DNA of 64,000 nt from Candidatus Geothermincolia bacterium (GTDB taxonomy: Bacteria > Actinomycetota > Geothermincolia > Fen-727 > Anoxymicrobiaceae), in assembly GCA_038326775.1 (NCBI GenBank), contig JBBQKJ010000001.1:71510-135509 (forward strand), given 5' to 3'. A model generated the notes under the pieces. It ran no database searches and was not told where the DNA came from. It saw nothing but the letters and a program-made list of their open reading frames with translations. Below, in pieces: positions 45,142 through 53,890 of the stretch (positions are counted from its first letter, which is position 1; every line of letters begins with the position of its first letter). The position numbers and the translations under genes were made by a program.

Positions 45142-45960
45142 ATGTCGTTTGCTGGAATCGACGTGGGCTCGCTGACCGCGCAGGCGGTCCTGATAGAGGA
45201 CGGCCGCACCCCGTTACTCAAGACGATAGGCGTAAAGCTCCTCTCGAAAAGCATAAGGGTGAAACCCAACCCTTTGGATTCTGCCCGCACCGTGATGGGG
45301 CAACTCCTCGATGAGCATAGCCTGTCGTGGGGTGACATCACCTACTGCGTGAGCACCGGGTACGGACGCGACAAGGTCCAGGGCGAAGGGCTGGCCCAGG
45401 AGAACGTGAGCGAGATATCCTGCCACGGGATAGGTGCTTTCACCATCGCCCCGCAGGTCCGCACCATAATCGACATCGGTGGCCAGGACGCCAAGGTCAT
45501 CCGCGTCAACGAGAGCGGAGACCTGGTCAACTTCGTCATGAACGACAAGTGCGCCGCGGGCACCGGCCGCTTCCTGGAGGTCATGAGCCGCACCCTGGGC
45601 GTCTCGTTCGAAGACCTGGGCGGCATCGCGCTCAGGGCGCGGGGGAAGATCGAGCTCAGCTCGAGGTGCAGCATCTTCGCCGAGACCGAAGTCCTGCACT
45701 ATCTTCAGAAGGGTTTCGACAAGGCCGACCTGGCGGCCGGGACGTGCAAGTCCATGGCGGACAGGGTGATGGCCCTGGTGCGACGCGTGGGCTGGGAGAA
45801 AGAGGTCATGATGACAGGTGGCGTGGCCAAGAACGTCGCGGTCAAGGCGGAGCTGGAGAGGGTGCTCAACCTGAGGATGTTCGTCCCGCACCTCGACCCG
45901 CAACTGATGGGCGCTTTCGGCGCCGCCGTGCTGGCGCAGAAGGCAGGTGCTGCCCTGTGA
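45142..45960 (+). CDS. CoA-substrate-specific enzyme activase (HgdC/BcrAD/BadFG-type ASKHA ATPase), 272 aa.
   Basis: N-terminal ...GIDVGS...AVL... ; DKCAAGTGRFLE and the two-Cys [4Fe-4S]-bridging pattern of HgdC-like activators. Confidence 0.8.
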   Translation: MSFAGIDVGSLTAQAVLIEDGRTPLLKTIGVKLLSKSIRVKPNPLDSARTVMGQLLDEHSLSWGDITYCVSTGYGRDKVQGEGLAQENVSEISCHGIGAFTIAPQVRTIIDIGGQDAKVIRVNESGDLVNFVMNDKCAAGTGRFLEVMSRTLGVSFEDLGGIALRARGKIELSSRCSIFAETEVLHYLQKGFDKADLAAGTCKSMADRVMALVRRVGWEKEVMMTGGVAKNVAVKAELERVLNLRMFVPHLDPQLMGAFGAAVLAQKAGAAL

Positions 45961-45965
45961 AGACA

Positions 45966-46739
45966 ATGGGGATAGACATCGGCAACCTGCTCTCGAAGGT
46001 GGTCATCCTTGATGGGGACAAGTTGGTCGCGAGCGGAATAATGGACACCACCGGGAACGTGGCGAGCGAGATCGACATGCTGGTGAGCTCCGTCCTGCTG
46101 GACGCGGGCTTCGGGCTCGAAGGGCTGGATGCGCGCGCCGCCACCGGTGGCGGGGCCGAACTGCTGAGGGGCCTGGACTTCACCGAGGACGAGGTGACCT
46201 GCGTGGCGGCGGCGGGCGCTTACCTCCTGCCCGAGATAAACATGATAGTGCACGTCGGCGGCCAGAGCATCGCCTCGATTCTCATCAACGAGGACGGCGA
46301 CGTGGTCAACTTCATGCGCAACGACAAGTGCGCCTCGGGGTCCGGGCGCTTCCTGGAGGTCATGAGCCACGCTATTGGCGTGGGCATCGACGACATCGAT
46401 GGCGTGGTGGAGGGGGCCGAAAAGCCGGTTTCCATAAGCAGCCAGTGTGGTGTTTTCGCGGAGAGCGAGGTCATCACTCATGTTAACGACGGCGAGAAGC
46501 CGGCGGATATTGTCGCCGGTCTGTGCGACTCGGTGGCGAGCATCGTGTCCGCGCAGGCCCGCAAATTCACCGAGGGGGACAAGTATACCCTTACCGGTGG
46601 TGTAGCGAGGATAGACGCAGTCAGGGGACGTATAACGCAGAAGATGAACGGGACGTTCTACGAGTTTCCCCATGACCCGAGGCTGGCGGCCGCCGTCGGC
46701 GCGGCCCTGCTCGCCGGCATGGAAGAAGAAGAGGAGTAA
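45966..46739 (+). CDS. Second CoA-substrate-specific enzyme activase (HgdC-type ATPase), 257 aa. The 396-aa track ORF is an out-of-context upstream extension.
   Basis: MGIDIGNLLSKVVIL..., DKCASGSGRFLE. ATG at 45966 immediately after the stop of the first activase. Confidence 0.8.
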   Translation: MGIDIGNLLSKVVILDGDKLVASGIMDTTGNVASEIDMLVSSVLLDAGFGLEGLDARAATGGGAELLRGLDFTEDEVTCVAAAGAYLLPEINMIVHVGGQSIASILINEDGDVVNFMRNDKCASGSGRFLEVMSHAIGVGIDDIDGVVEGAEKPVSISSQCGVFAESEVITHVNDGEKPADIVAGLCDSVASIVSAQARKFTEGDKYTLTGGVARIDAVRGRITQKMNGTFYEFPHDPRLAAAVGAALLAGMEEEEE

Positions 46740-46785
46740 GAGACCGCTTTTGGGAGCTTTCAGCCCCACGAAGCATTGAGACGAC

Positions 46786-47502
46786 ATGGCCTTGTTCGAT
46801 GAACAGCTTGGCGAAGTAAGACGGATTCTCGCCGACTGGCGGGAAGGAGCCGGAGCGCGCGAGTTCAGCGCCGGGGAGCGGGCACCCTGGCCCGAAGGGC
46901 AGAGCCTCGTGCTGGAGGAGGACACAGCCCTCGAGCTCGGCAACCCCTCTGTCGCGTCCCTGTCTCTTCTGCTCTGGAGCGAGGGAGGCGACGTCGAGGA
47001 CGGGCGTATTACTCTCGTGGGGCCCGACGTACCTGAGGCGAAAGAGCGCAACGTGCCTTTCGCGCAGGTTGTCATAGCGGGTGGCTCCTTCGCAAGCGAG
47101 TACGACTCCTACCGCGACGCTCGGGACGCCGTTTACGATACCAGGCTCCATGGCTTCTCGGTGCGAACGATGCCCAGCAGGCAGAGCATCTGGTGCAGGG
47201 TGGCGCGCGTTGCCAGGGAGGAGGGTTTTTCCCTGGTGGATCTGGGGGCGGCCTTTATCGAGGCGCTCAAGAGCCTGGACGAGGTCTCGGCCGCACAGGT
47301 CGTCTTCGTGACCGCGAGCGTCGAGGACGTGAAGAAGCTGTCGGGCGCCGCGGCGGGCGCCCAGAGGATAGTCGACGCTATGATGAAGATGTACCAGGAG
47401 GAGAACTTCGACTGTGAGACCTGCGAGTACCAGGAGGTCTGCGACACCGTGATGGACCTGAAGATGATAAGGAAGAAGCTGACCGAAGGAAAGGTGCCCT
47501 GA
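46786..47502 (+). CDS. Hypothetical protein, 238 aa, with C-terminal Cys cluster FDCETCEYQEVCD. Stop overlaps the start of the CooC-like gene.
   Basis: ORF in operon position. No family recognised. Confidence 0.45.
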   Translation: MALFDEQLGEVRRILADWREGAGAREFSAGERAPWPEGQSLVLEEDTALELGNPSVASLSLLLWSEGGDVEDGRITLVGPDVPEAKERNVPFAQVVIAGGSFASEYDSYRDARDAVYDTRLHGFSVRTMPSRQSIWCRVARVAREEGFSLVDLGAAFIEALKSLDEVSAAQVVFVTASVEDVKKLSGAAAGAQRIVDAMMKMYQEENFDCETCEYQEVCDTVMDLKMIRKKLTEGKVP

Positions 47503-48245
47503 TGATCCTGTCGGTGTGCGGTAAGGGAGGCGTCGGCAAGACCACCGTTTCCGCGGTTGCGGCGCAGGCTCTCTCGGCCAGGGATGGAGTGCGCGCGCTA
47601 ATCGTCGACGCCGACCCGGCGGGCGGGCTTGGCATGGCGCTCGGGCTCACCCCTCGAAAGACGCTCAACGATGTTCGAAAGGAGATAATCGAGGAGGTCA
47701 AAGCTGGAGGGCGCGACGAGAAGGACCTGGCCGTCTCGCTCGATTACCTGCTCGCCGAAGCGCTTACGGAAAAGGGCAACCTGGCGTTCCTGTCCATCGG
47801 GCGGCCCGAGGACGTGGGCTGCTACTGCAAGGTGAACGTCATCCTCAAGGACGCAATCGAAGGCCTGGCGGGCCGCTTCGACGCGACCGTCATAGACGCC
47901 GAAGCGGGTATCGAGCAGGTCAACCGCAAGGTGATGAGCCCGGTCGATTACGTTTTGCTCGTGTCGGACACCTCGGCCAAGGCGGTCAGGGTCGCGGAGA
48001 CCATAAAGGGCGTCGCGGACAGCATGATCGGCGGCGAGGATGCCGGCCTGCTGGTCAACAGGGCGCGCGAAGGGCGCGAGGCCGAGAAGATTCGCATGGG
48101 GACCTCGCTCGAGGTGCTGGGCTGGATACCGGAGGACGACACCATCCGCCGGTTCGACGGCGAGGAGATATCCTTCCTCGAGCTGCCGGAGTGCCCCGCC
48201 CGCGAGGCCATCACCGCCGCTCTCGAGAAGACCGGCCTGCTATAA
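47502..48245 (+). CDS. CooC/AcsF-family P-loop ATPase (MinD/ParA superfamily), a putative metallocentre (Ni) insertion/maturation ATPase, 247 aa.
   Basis: Deviant Walker A GKGGVGKTT at the N-terminus plus the CooC-type CxC motif (EDVGCYCKVN) at the expected position. Confidence 0.7.
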   Translation: MILSVCGKGGVGKTTVSAVAAQALSARDGVRALIVDADPAGGLGMALGLTPRKTLNDVRKEIIEEVKAGGRDEKDLAVSLDYLLAEALTEKGNLAFLSIGRPEDVGCYCKVNVILKDAIEGLAGRFDATVIDAEAGIEQVNRKVMSPVDYVLLVSDTSAKAVRVAETIKGVADSMIGGEDAGLLVNRAREGREAEKIRMGTSLEVLGWIPEDDTIRRFDGEEISFLELPECPAREAITAALEKTGLL

Positions 48246-48383
48246 TTCATCTTGGGGTCAGACACCCTGACATGAATTTTCAGCGGCATCCGGATGTCTC
48301 GGATACAAATTCATGTCAGGGTACCTGACCCCAGGGTGAGAATGCACAAAAGTGACCTGACCCCAATGTTGCATTATGGATGA
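48246..48383. repeat. Palindromic intergenic repeat element, copy B (about 138 bp). Its tail reaches into the annotated start of the metallophosphoesterase gene.
   Basis: Alignment with copy A: ATTCAT..TGGGGTCAGACACC(T/C)TGACATGAATTTT ... inverted arm ... AAAGTGACCTGACCCCAATGTT(A/G)CAT...ATAGCG. Confidence 0.6.
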
Positions 48384-49488
48384 AGATAGCGAGAAGAATG
48401 GAAGGAAGCGCGCGGGCGGTGGGTCGCGCCGACACATCGCGGTGGAGGCACGCCGCCGTATCGAGCTCATCGCCTCTCGCATTCCGGGGGCCCGGGCGCT
48501 TGTAAAACACCAGTTGCCCGAAGCGGTGGCCGACCGCCTGGTTGTTGTTTCCGACATGCATTTCGGGAACGATTACGGAGCGCTGGGCACCGCTGATAAC
48601 AGGATGAGGCTCACAAATGGCCTGAGGGAGCTCGGGCAAATCGACGAGCTGGTCCTGCTCGGCGATATCTTCGACTTCTGGACCGCTACCCTCGACAACG
48701 CGCTGGAGCAGTCAAGGGAGCTCATTTCTTCGCTGTTCAAGCTTGAGAACGTCGGGCGCATAATATATATACCGGGAAACCACGACCACCACGCGGTACG
48801 CCTTTACCACAACGAGCAGGTAAGCAAGAGGCTGCGCTCGGGCGAGCTGGAGGCGCCACCTCTCACCATCCCGCTGGTCGCCGACTGCCCGGTGCTGGAG
48901 CCTTTGAGGCCGGAAGGGGCGACGGTACCCTCGTTCATGGCCTATCCGTGGCACCACGTGGCGGTGCGCGGCAAGACGGCGCTTCTAACCCACGGCCACC
49001 TTCTGGGGTTTTTCGAGCGCTCGCTCTGGCGCCCGAAGCGAAGGTTCCTGAACGCCTTTCTACTGAAGAAAAACCCGAGTGTGGGCCTCGACGACATGGA
49101 GGCGTTCCTGTCTCCCTATTACGAGATGTTGTCACTGAGCACAGCGGTGCCGGGTGTCGTAGACGGCAGGTACCGTTTCTATCGAATAGTGAGCCGGACG
49201 GCGAAGATGCTCGGTTTCGAGCGGGAGTACAGGGTGTCGTCGTTCCGCGATACCAGTATCGAGGAAAACGCTGTCGAGATAGAGGCCCTTCTCGACCACT
49301 TCTACGAGGTGAAGCCAGACTACTTCATCTACGGGCACACACACAGGGCGGCCACCCTGGACCTTCCCCTGTCCGGCACCACCGCGGTTAACACCGGCGC
49401 CTGGTTCAACAACCCCGCCGACGCCGAGAATCACTCCAGGTACACAATCGTCGAGGTCACGGACAAGCCCCGCATCATCGACCTGTAG
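48376..49488 (+). CDS. Calcineurin-like metallophosphoesterase, 370 aa. The true start is possibly downstream, because the first codons lie inside the repeat.
   Basis: Motifs VVSDMHFG, GDIFDFW, GNHDHH, GHLL...GHTH characteristic of metallophosphoesterases. Confidence 0.7.
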   Translation: MDEDSEKNGRKRAGGGSRRHIAVEARRRIELIASRIPGARALVKHQLPEAVADRLVVVSDMHFGNDYGALGTADNRMRLTNGLRELGQIDELVLLGDIFDFWTATLDNALEQSRELISSLFKLENVGRIIYIPGNHDHHAVRLYHNEQVSKRLRSGELEAPPLTIPLVADCPVLEPLRPEGATVPSFMAYPWHHVAVRGKTALLTHGHLLGFFERSLWRPKRRFLNAFLLKKNPSVGLDDMEAFLSPYYEMLSLSTAVPGVVDGRYRFYRIVSRTAKMLGFEREYRVSSFRDTSIEENAVEIEALLDHFYEVKPDYFIYGHTHRAATLDLPLSGTTAVNTGAWFNNPADAENHSRYTIVEVTDKPRIIDL

Positions 49489-49585
49489 ACGGTCGGGGTT
49501 GCGTCGCTCACCCCCGCTTTGAACTTGTTAAACGCGAGCCCGATGTATAATAGCGGCACGACTGACCAAAGTGATGGGAGGAGTC

Positions 49586-52500
49586 ATGAAGAGGCTGCCG
49601 GGAAAAGCTCTTTCTTCGACGATAATCTTCTTGATAGCGGCAGTCCTTATGGCGTTCGCGTTAGCGCCGGCCGGTGCGCTGGCGGCCGACGGATATGTCT
49701 GGAGCTGGCAGAACCCGCTGCCGCAAGGGAACGACCTTTTCAGCATCTCTGCCGCGGACACGGCGCACGTCTGGGCCGTCGGGGCCGGCGGCACCATCCT
49801 CTTCAACAACGGGGATTACTGGGTCCGGCAGACCGTCGGCACCACTGGTACTCTCAACGACGTGCTGGCGGTGGACCCGACACATGTCTGGGCCGTCGGG
49901 GCAGGCGGCACCATACTTTTCTACAACGGCACATCCTGGACCGCGCAGGCCGGCGGCACCATCAACAGCCTTAACGGGCTCGCCGCTGTCGACGCGACCC
50001 ATGTCTGGGCTGTGGGTTCCGGCGGCACGGTCCTTTTCTTCAACGGCTCCAGCTGGACCGCGCAGGTGACCGGCACGACCAACGCCCTGATCTCCGCCTC
50101 CGCCGTGGACGCCACGCACGCCTGGGCGGTGGGGTCCGGTGGAACTGTCATCTTCTACAACGGTACGACGTGGACCGGCCAGGCCGGCGGCGTCAGCGAC
50201 GGCTGGATAAACGGGGTCTCGGCTGTAGACGCCACGCACGCCTGGGCGGTCGGCTACCGGCAGGTCAGCCACACTCTTTCCTACTTCATCCTTTTCTTCA
50301 ACGGCTCGTCCTGGGTGACGCAGGCCACCGGCGAGGACTGCTGGCTGACAGACGTTTCCGCGGTCGACGCCTCGAATGCCTGGGCGGTGGGTTCGGACGG
50401 GAAAGCGCTCTTTTTCAAGGGAACGACCTGGGCCGAACAGATGACCGGCTCCTCGGAGACGCTTCACAGTGTCCTGGCCCTCAATGCGACCCACGTCTGG
50501 GCCGCGGGTAACGCCGGCGAGATCCTCTCCTACGACGGCGCCTGGAACCGACAGACAGCCGGCGAGAGTTTCGACATCCTCGGGATGTCCGCGTTCGATC
50601 AGAACCAGGCCTGGGCGGTCGGGGCCAGTGGAGATATCCTCCACTACAACGGCTCGGCCTGGACGGCCCAGCCGAGCGGCGCAAGCGGACCGTACTTTGA
50701 CGTATTCGCGCTCGACTCCGAACACGTATGGGCCGTAGGTGAGGGGGGCAAGGTCGCTTTCTGGAACGGGGCCGCCTGGGCCCTGCAGAGCAGCGGGACT
50801 TCAAGCACGCTCTTCGCCGTGACCGCCGCGGACGAGAACCACGTATGGGCTGTCGGCGCGTCGGGCACGGTGCGCTTCAGCAACGGGTCTGCATGGAGCG
50901 GGCAGACGTCGGGCACCACCCAGTGGCTCAACGGCGTTTCCGCCGCGGACTCGAAGCACGTCTGGGCGGTCGGCAGCGGAAAGACCCTCCTCTATTACAA
51001 CGGCGCTTCCTGGAAGGGCACGGATACAGGCGCCTTCAACGGGCTCAACTCGGTTTCTGCGCTGGACGCGACCCATGCCTGGGCAGTGGGCCCCGGCGGC
51101 TTCATCATGTTCATAAACGGGCCCGGCACCTGGAGCCAGCAGGCCAGCGGCACCACGGCCGACCTTTTCGCCGTGGCGGCGGTGTCCGCCGGCCGTGTAT
51201 GGGCGGTGGGCGATGGAGGGGTCGCCCGTTACTATGACGGGAACACCTGGACCGCGCAGAACACCGGCTCGGTGAACAACCTCGGAGGTTTGACCGCACC
51301 GGACGGCGGCCATGCGTGGGTGGGTGGTGACGATGGCAATATTCTGCTGGGCCAGGTCGTCCTACCCCCGACCAGCCGCACCTGGGGGACCGGCTCCATA
51401 GCCGCCGCGGCGCCGGCGACCGACTGGTTCCTGGCCGAGGGCTCCACGGGCCCGGGCTTTGAGACATGGGTCCTGGTTCAGAATCCCGGCGACGTGACGG
51501 CCACGGTCGAGCTCGACTACATGACCTCCACGGGCCAGGTCGACGGACCGACGCTGAACATACCGGCCAGGTCGCGCTCAACGGTCAACGTCGCCGCCAC
51601 GGTGCCCAACTCCTGGGACGTCTCAACGAAGGTGGGCAGCAACAAACCGGTCATCGGGGAGAGGTCCATGTATGGAGGGGACCGGACCTGGGGCACCGAC
51701 TCCATCGGCGCATCGGCTCCCGCGAAGACCTGGTACCTTGCCGAGGGCTCGACCGGGACCGGCTTCGAGACCTGGGTCCTGGTGCAGAACCCCAACGATA
51801 CTTCGGCGAACGTAGAGATAACCTACATGACAGGCTCCGGCCCGGTGAGCGGGCCCAGGGTCAACCTCCCCGCCAGGACGCGGAGGACTTTCGACGTTGC
51901 CGATACCGTGCCCGGCAAATTCGACGTGTCGACCATGGTCAAGGCCAACAAGCCGGTGGTGGTCGAGCGCTCGATGTACGGCAGCGGCAGGACCTGGGGC
52001 ACCGACTCGATCGGCGCGGCCGCCCCTTCGGGGTTGTGGTACCTCGCCGAGGGCTCGACGGGCCCGGGCTTTGAGACCTGGATACTGGTACAGAACCCGA
52101 ACGGGCTTCCGGCCGAGGTTACCCTGACCTACATGACTCCCGCGGGCGCCGTGGCGCAAAAGGTCGATAAGGTGCCCGCGAACGCGCGCAAATCGTTTGA
52201 CGTCGGGCGCGTCGTGCCGGGCGCCTGGGAAGTCTCCACCAAGGTCGAGGCCAACCGTCCGGTGGTGGCAGAGCGGGCGATGTACGGCAACAACCGGGTC
52301 TGGGCGCACGACTCCATCGGCGCCTCGGCTCCCGCGAAGACCTGGTACCTCGCCGAGGGCTCGACCGGGACCGGCTTCGAGACCTGGATACTGGTGCAGA
52401 ACCCGGGCGGCGACCCGGCTGAAGTCAGGGTCGACTACCTGACCACCGCGGGCGAGGTAAAAGGCCCGGCCGTGATGGTCCCCGCACGCTCACGCATGAA

Positions 52501-52606
52501 CTTCAACGCGGGAGAGACCGTACCCGGGACCTGGGATGTCTCGACCAGGGTCGAGAGCGACAAACCGGTCATCGCCGAGCGGGCGATGTACGGCAGCCCC
52601 AAATGA
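49586..52606 (+). CDS. Large secreted repeat protein, 1006 aa: signal peptide, about 13 beta-propeller-type blades of ~47 aa (HVWAVG.GGTILF.NG..W..Q..GTT..LN.VSAVD.T, BNR/Ycf48-like), then four tandem 102-aa repeats (RTWGTDSIGA.AP...WYLAEGSTG.GFETW.LVQNP....A.V...YMT..G.V.GP....PARSR.....A.TVP..WDVST.V..NKPV..ER.MYG).
   Basis: GGGAGGAG RBS before the ATG at 49586. Signal peptide ...AFALAPAGALAADG. Repeats counted by eye in the translation; near-identical DNA stretches occur between C-terminal repeat units. Confidence 0.75.
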   Translation: MKRLPGKALSSTIIFLIAAVLMAFALAPAGALAADGYVWSWQNPLPQGNDLFSISAADTAHVWAVGAGGTILFNNGDYWVRQTVGTTGTLNDVLAVDPTHVWAVGAGGTILFYNGTSWTAQAGGTINSLNGLAAVDATHVWAVGSGGTVLFFNGSSWTAQVTGTTNALISASAVDATHAWAVGSGGTVIFYNGTTWTGQAGGVSDGWINGVSAVDATHAWAVGYRQVSHTLSYFILFFNGSSWVTQATGEDCWLTDVSAVDASNAWAVGSDGKALFFKGTTWAEQMTGSSETLHSVLALNATHVWAAGNAGEILSYDGAWNRQTAGESFDILGMSAFDQNQAWAVGASGDILHYNGSAWTAQPSGASGPYFDVFALDSEHVWAVGEGGKVAFWNGAAWALQSSGTSSTLFAVTAADENHVWAVGASGTVRFSNGSAWSGQTSGTTQWLNGVSAADSKHVWAVGSGKTLLYYNGASWKGTDTGAFNGLNSVSALDATHAWAVGPGGFIMFINGPGTWSQQASGTTADLFAVAAVSAGRVWAVGDGGVARYYDGNTWTAQNTGSVNNLGGLTAPDGGHAWVGGDDGNILLGQVVLPPTSRTWGTGSIAAAAPATDWFLAEGSTGPGFETWVLVQNPGDVTATVELDYMTSTGQVDGPTLNIPARSRSTVNVAATVPNSWDVSTKVGSNKPVIGERSMYGGDRTWGTDSIGASAPAKTWYLAEGSTGTGFETWVLVQNPNDTSANVEITYMTGSGPVSGPRVNLPARTRRTFDVADTVPGKFDVSTMVKANKPVVVERSMYGSGRTWGTDSIGAAAPSGLWYLAEGSTGPGFETWILVQNPNGLPAEVTLTYMTPAGAVAQKVDKVPANARKSFDVGRVVPGAWEVSTKVEANRPVVAERAMYGNNRVWAHDSIGASAPAKTWYLAEGSTGTGFETWILVQNPGGDPAEVRVDYLTTAGEVKGPAVMVPARSRMNFNAGETVPGTWDVSTRVESDKPVIAERAMYGSPK

Positions 52607-52619
52607 CAGCCGGTCATAG

Positions 52620-53777
52620 GTGAGCGACGAGCGAGTATCACTGGCGAGGTGCGGTGGTTACCACCGGGAGCTTGTAAGAAAGAGCGTCGCCACGGTGCTC
52701 GAGTCGCTGGGCGGGGCAGGCAGCATAGCCGGGCCCGGACAGACCGTCTTTCTCAAGGTCAACGCGGCCGTGGCCGTCGCGCCCGAGACCGCCCGGGTGA
52801 CCCATCCCGAGGTCGTTCGGGCCGTCGCCGAGGAGTTCAGAAAGGTCACCGACAGGGTACTGATAGGCGACAGCCCCGGCGGCCCGTTCAACCCGGCGCT
52901 GCTCAAGAGGGTTTACGAGAAGAACGGCCTGGCCGAAGTCGCCCGACAGACCGGGGCCGAACTCGCGTTCGACACGCGCACGGTGGATGTCTCCCTGCCT
53001 GATGGCACGGCCATGAAGCGCTTGAAACTCTGCGCGGCAATGGTCGAGGCCGACCGACTTGTCTCCATCTCCAAGTTCAAGACCCACAGCTATCTGAACA
53101 TCACCGGACCCATCAAGAACCTCTACGGGGCGGTGCCGGGCACCACCAAGTTCTCTTACCACTCCCGGTTTGACAACGAGCGCGATTTTGCCGACCTCAT
53201 AGTGGACGTGCATCTTGCGGCCCGTCCCGCTTTCCACGTGGTGGACGCCGTCGACGTGATCGACGGCGACGGCTCCCGGCGTGGGGCCATAAGGAAGATG
53301 GGTGTCATCGCGGCGGGGGCGAACGCGTTCGCGTTGGAGTCGCTTCTTATGAAGCTGGTCGGCCTCGAGATGCGCGACAGCCTGGCCTTGAGGGCCGCGA
53401 TAGAGCGAGGCGTCTGCGGCGAGGGCACCGGTTGGTTCGAGGTGCTCGGCGACGTCGCCAGCGAGCCGTTATTGAGCGACTTCCGACTGCCCGCTGGGAG
53501 CGTTTTCAGCGAGCGAATACCCGCCCTGCTCGTCGAACGCCTCAGCCGGTGGCTCTCGGCGAGGCCCGTCCCCCTGCCCGGGGCATGCACCCTCTGCGGG
53601 ACGTGCGTGAAGGTCTGCCCGCGCCGCGCCGTGACACTTGGCGAGGACGCGGCCCTGGTGGACGCCGGGAAGTGCATCAGGTGCTTCTGCTGCTCGGAGC
53701 TGTGCGAGTACGGAGCGATCGACATACGGACGCCGGCGCTCCTGCGCGCTTTCCGCCGAAAAGTACATATTTTCTAA
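52620..53777 (+). CDS. DUF362-domain protein with C-terminal 2x[4Fe-4S] ferredoxin domain, 385 aa, GTG start.
   Basis: DUF362-like N-terminus (V.L..C..Y........V...L..LGG.......G..V.LKVN). C-terminal CTLCGTCVKVCP and CIRCFCCSELCEYGAI. Confidence 0.65.
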   Translation: MSDERVSLARCGGYHRELVRKSVATVLESLGGAGSIAGPGQTVFLKVNAAVAVAPETARVTHPEVVRAVAEEFRKVTDRVLIGDSPGGPFNPALLKRVYEKNGLAEVARQTGAELAFDTRTVDVSLPDGTAMKRLKLCAAMVEADRLVSISKFKTHSYLNITGPIKNLYGAVPGTTKFSYHSRFDNERDFADLIVDVHLAARPAFHVVDAVDVIDGDGSRRGAIRKMGVIAAGANAFALESLLMKLVGLEMRDSLALRAAIERGVCGEGTGWFEVLGDVASEPLLSDFRLPAGSVFSERIPALLVERLSRWLSARPVPLPGACTLCGTCVKVCPRRAVTLGEDAALVDAGKCIRCFCCSELCEYGAIDIRTPALLRAFRRKVHIF

Positions 53778-53890
53778 GAATCTTATGGTGGTAACCGGGG
53801 ATTCCTAATATGATTCAGGCAGAGCACCCGTGTGGGGCTCGGGCCGCGAATCTTTTTGCGCCAGGGCGCATGAAGCTGGAGGTGGATGTT

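Noticed and set aside
45549-45965. N-terminal 139-codon extension of the second activase ORF (the 396-aa track ORF).
   Set aside because: The extension overlaps the first activase gene in another frame and is Arg/Gly-rich with no motif. The activase homology, and an ATG directly after the upstream stop, begin at 45966.
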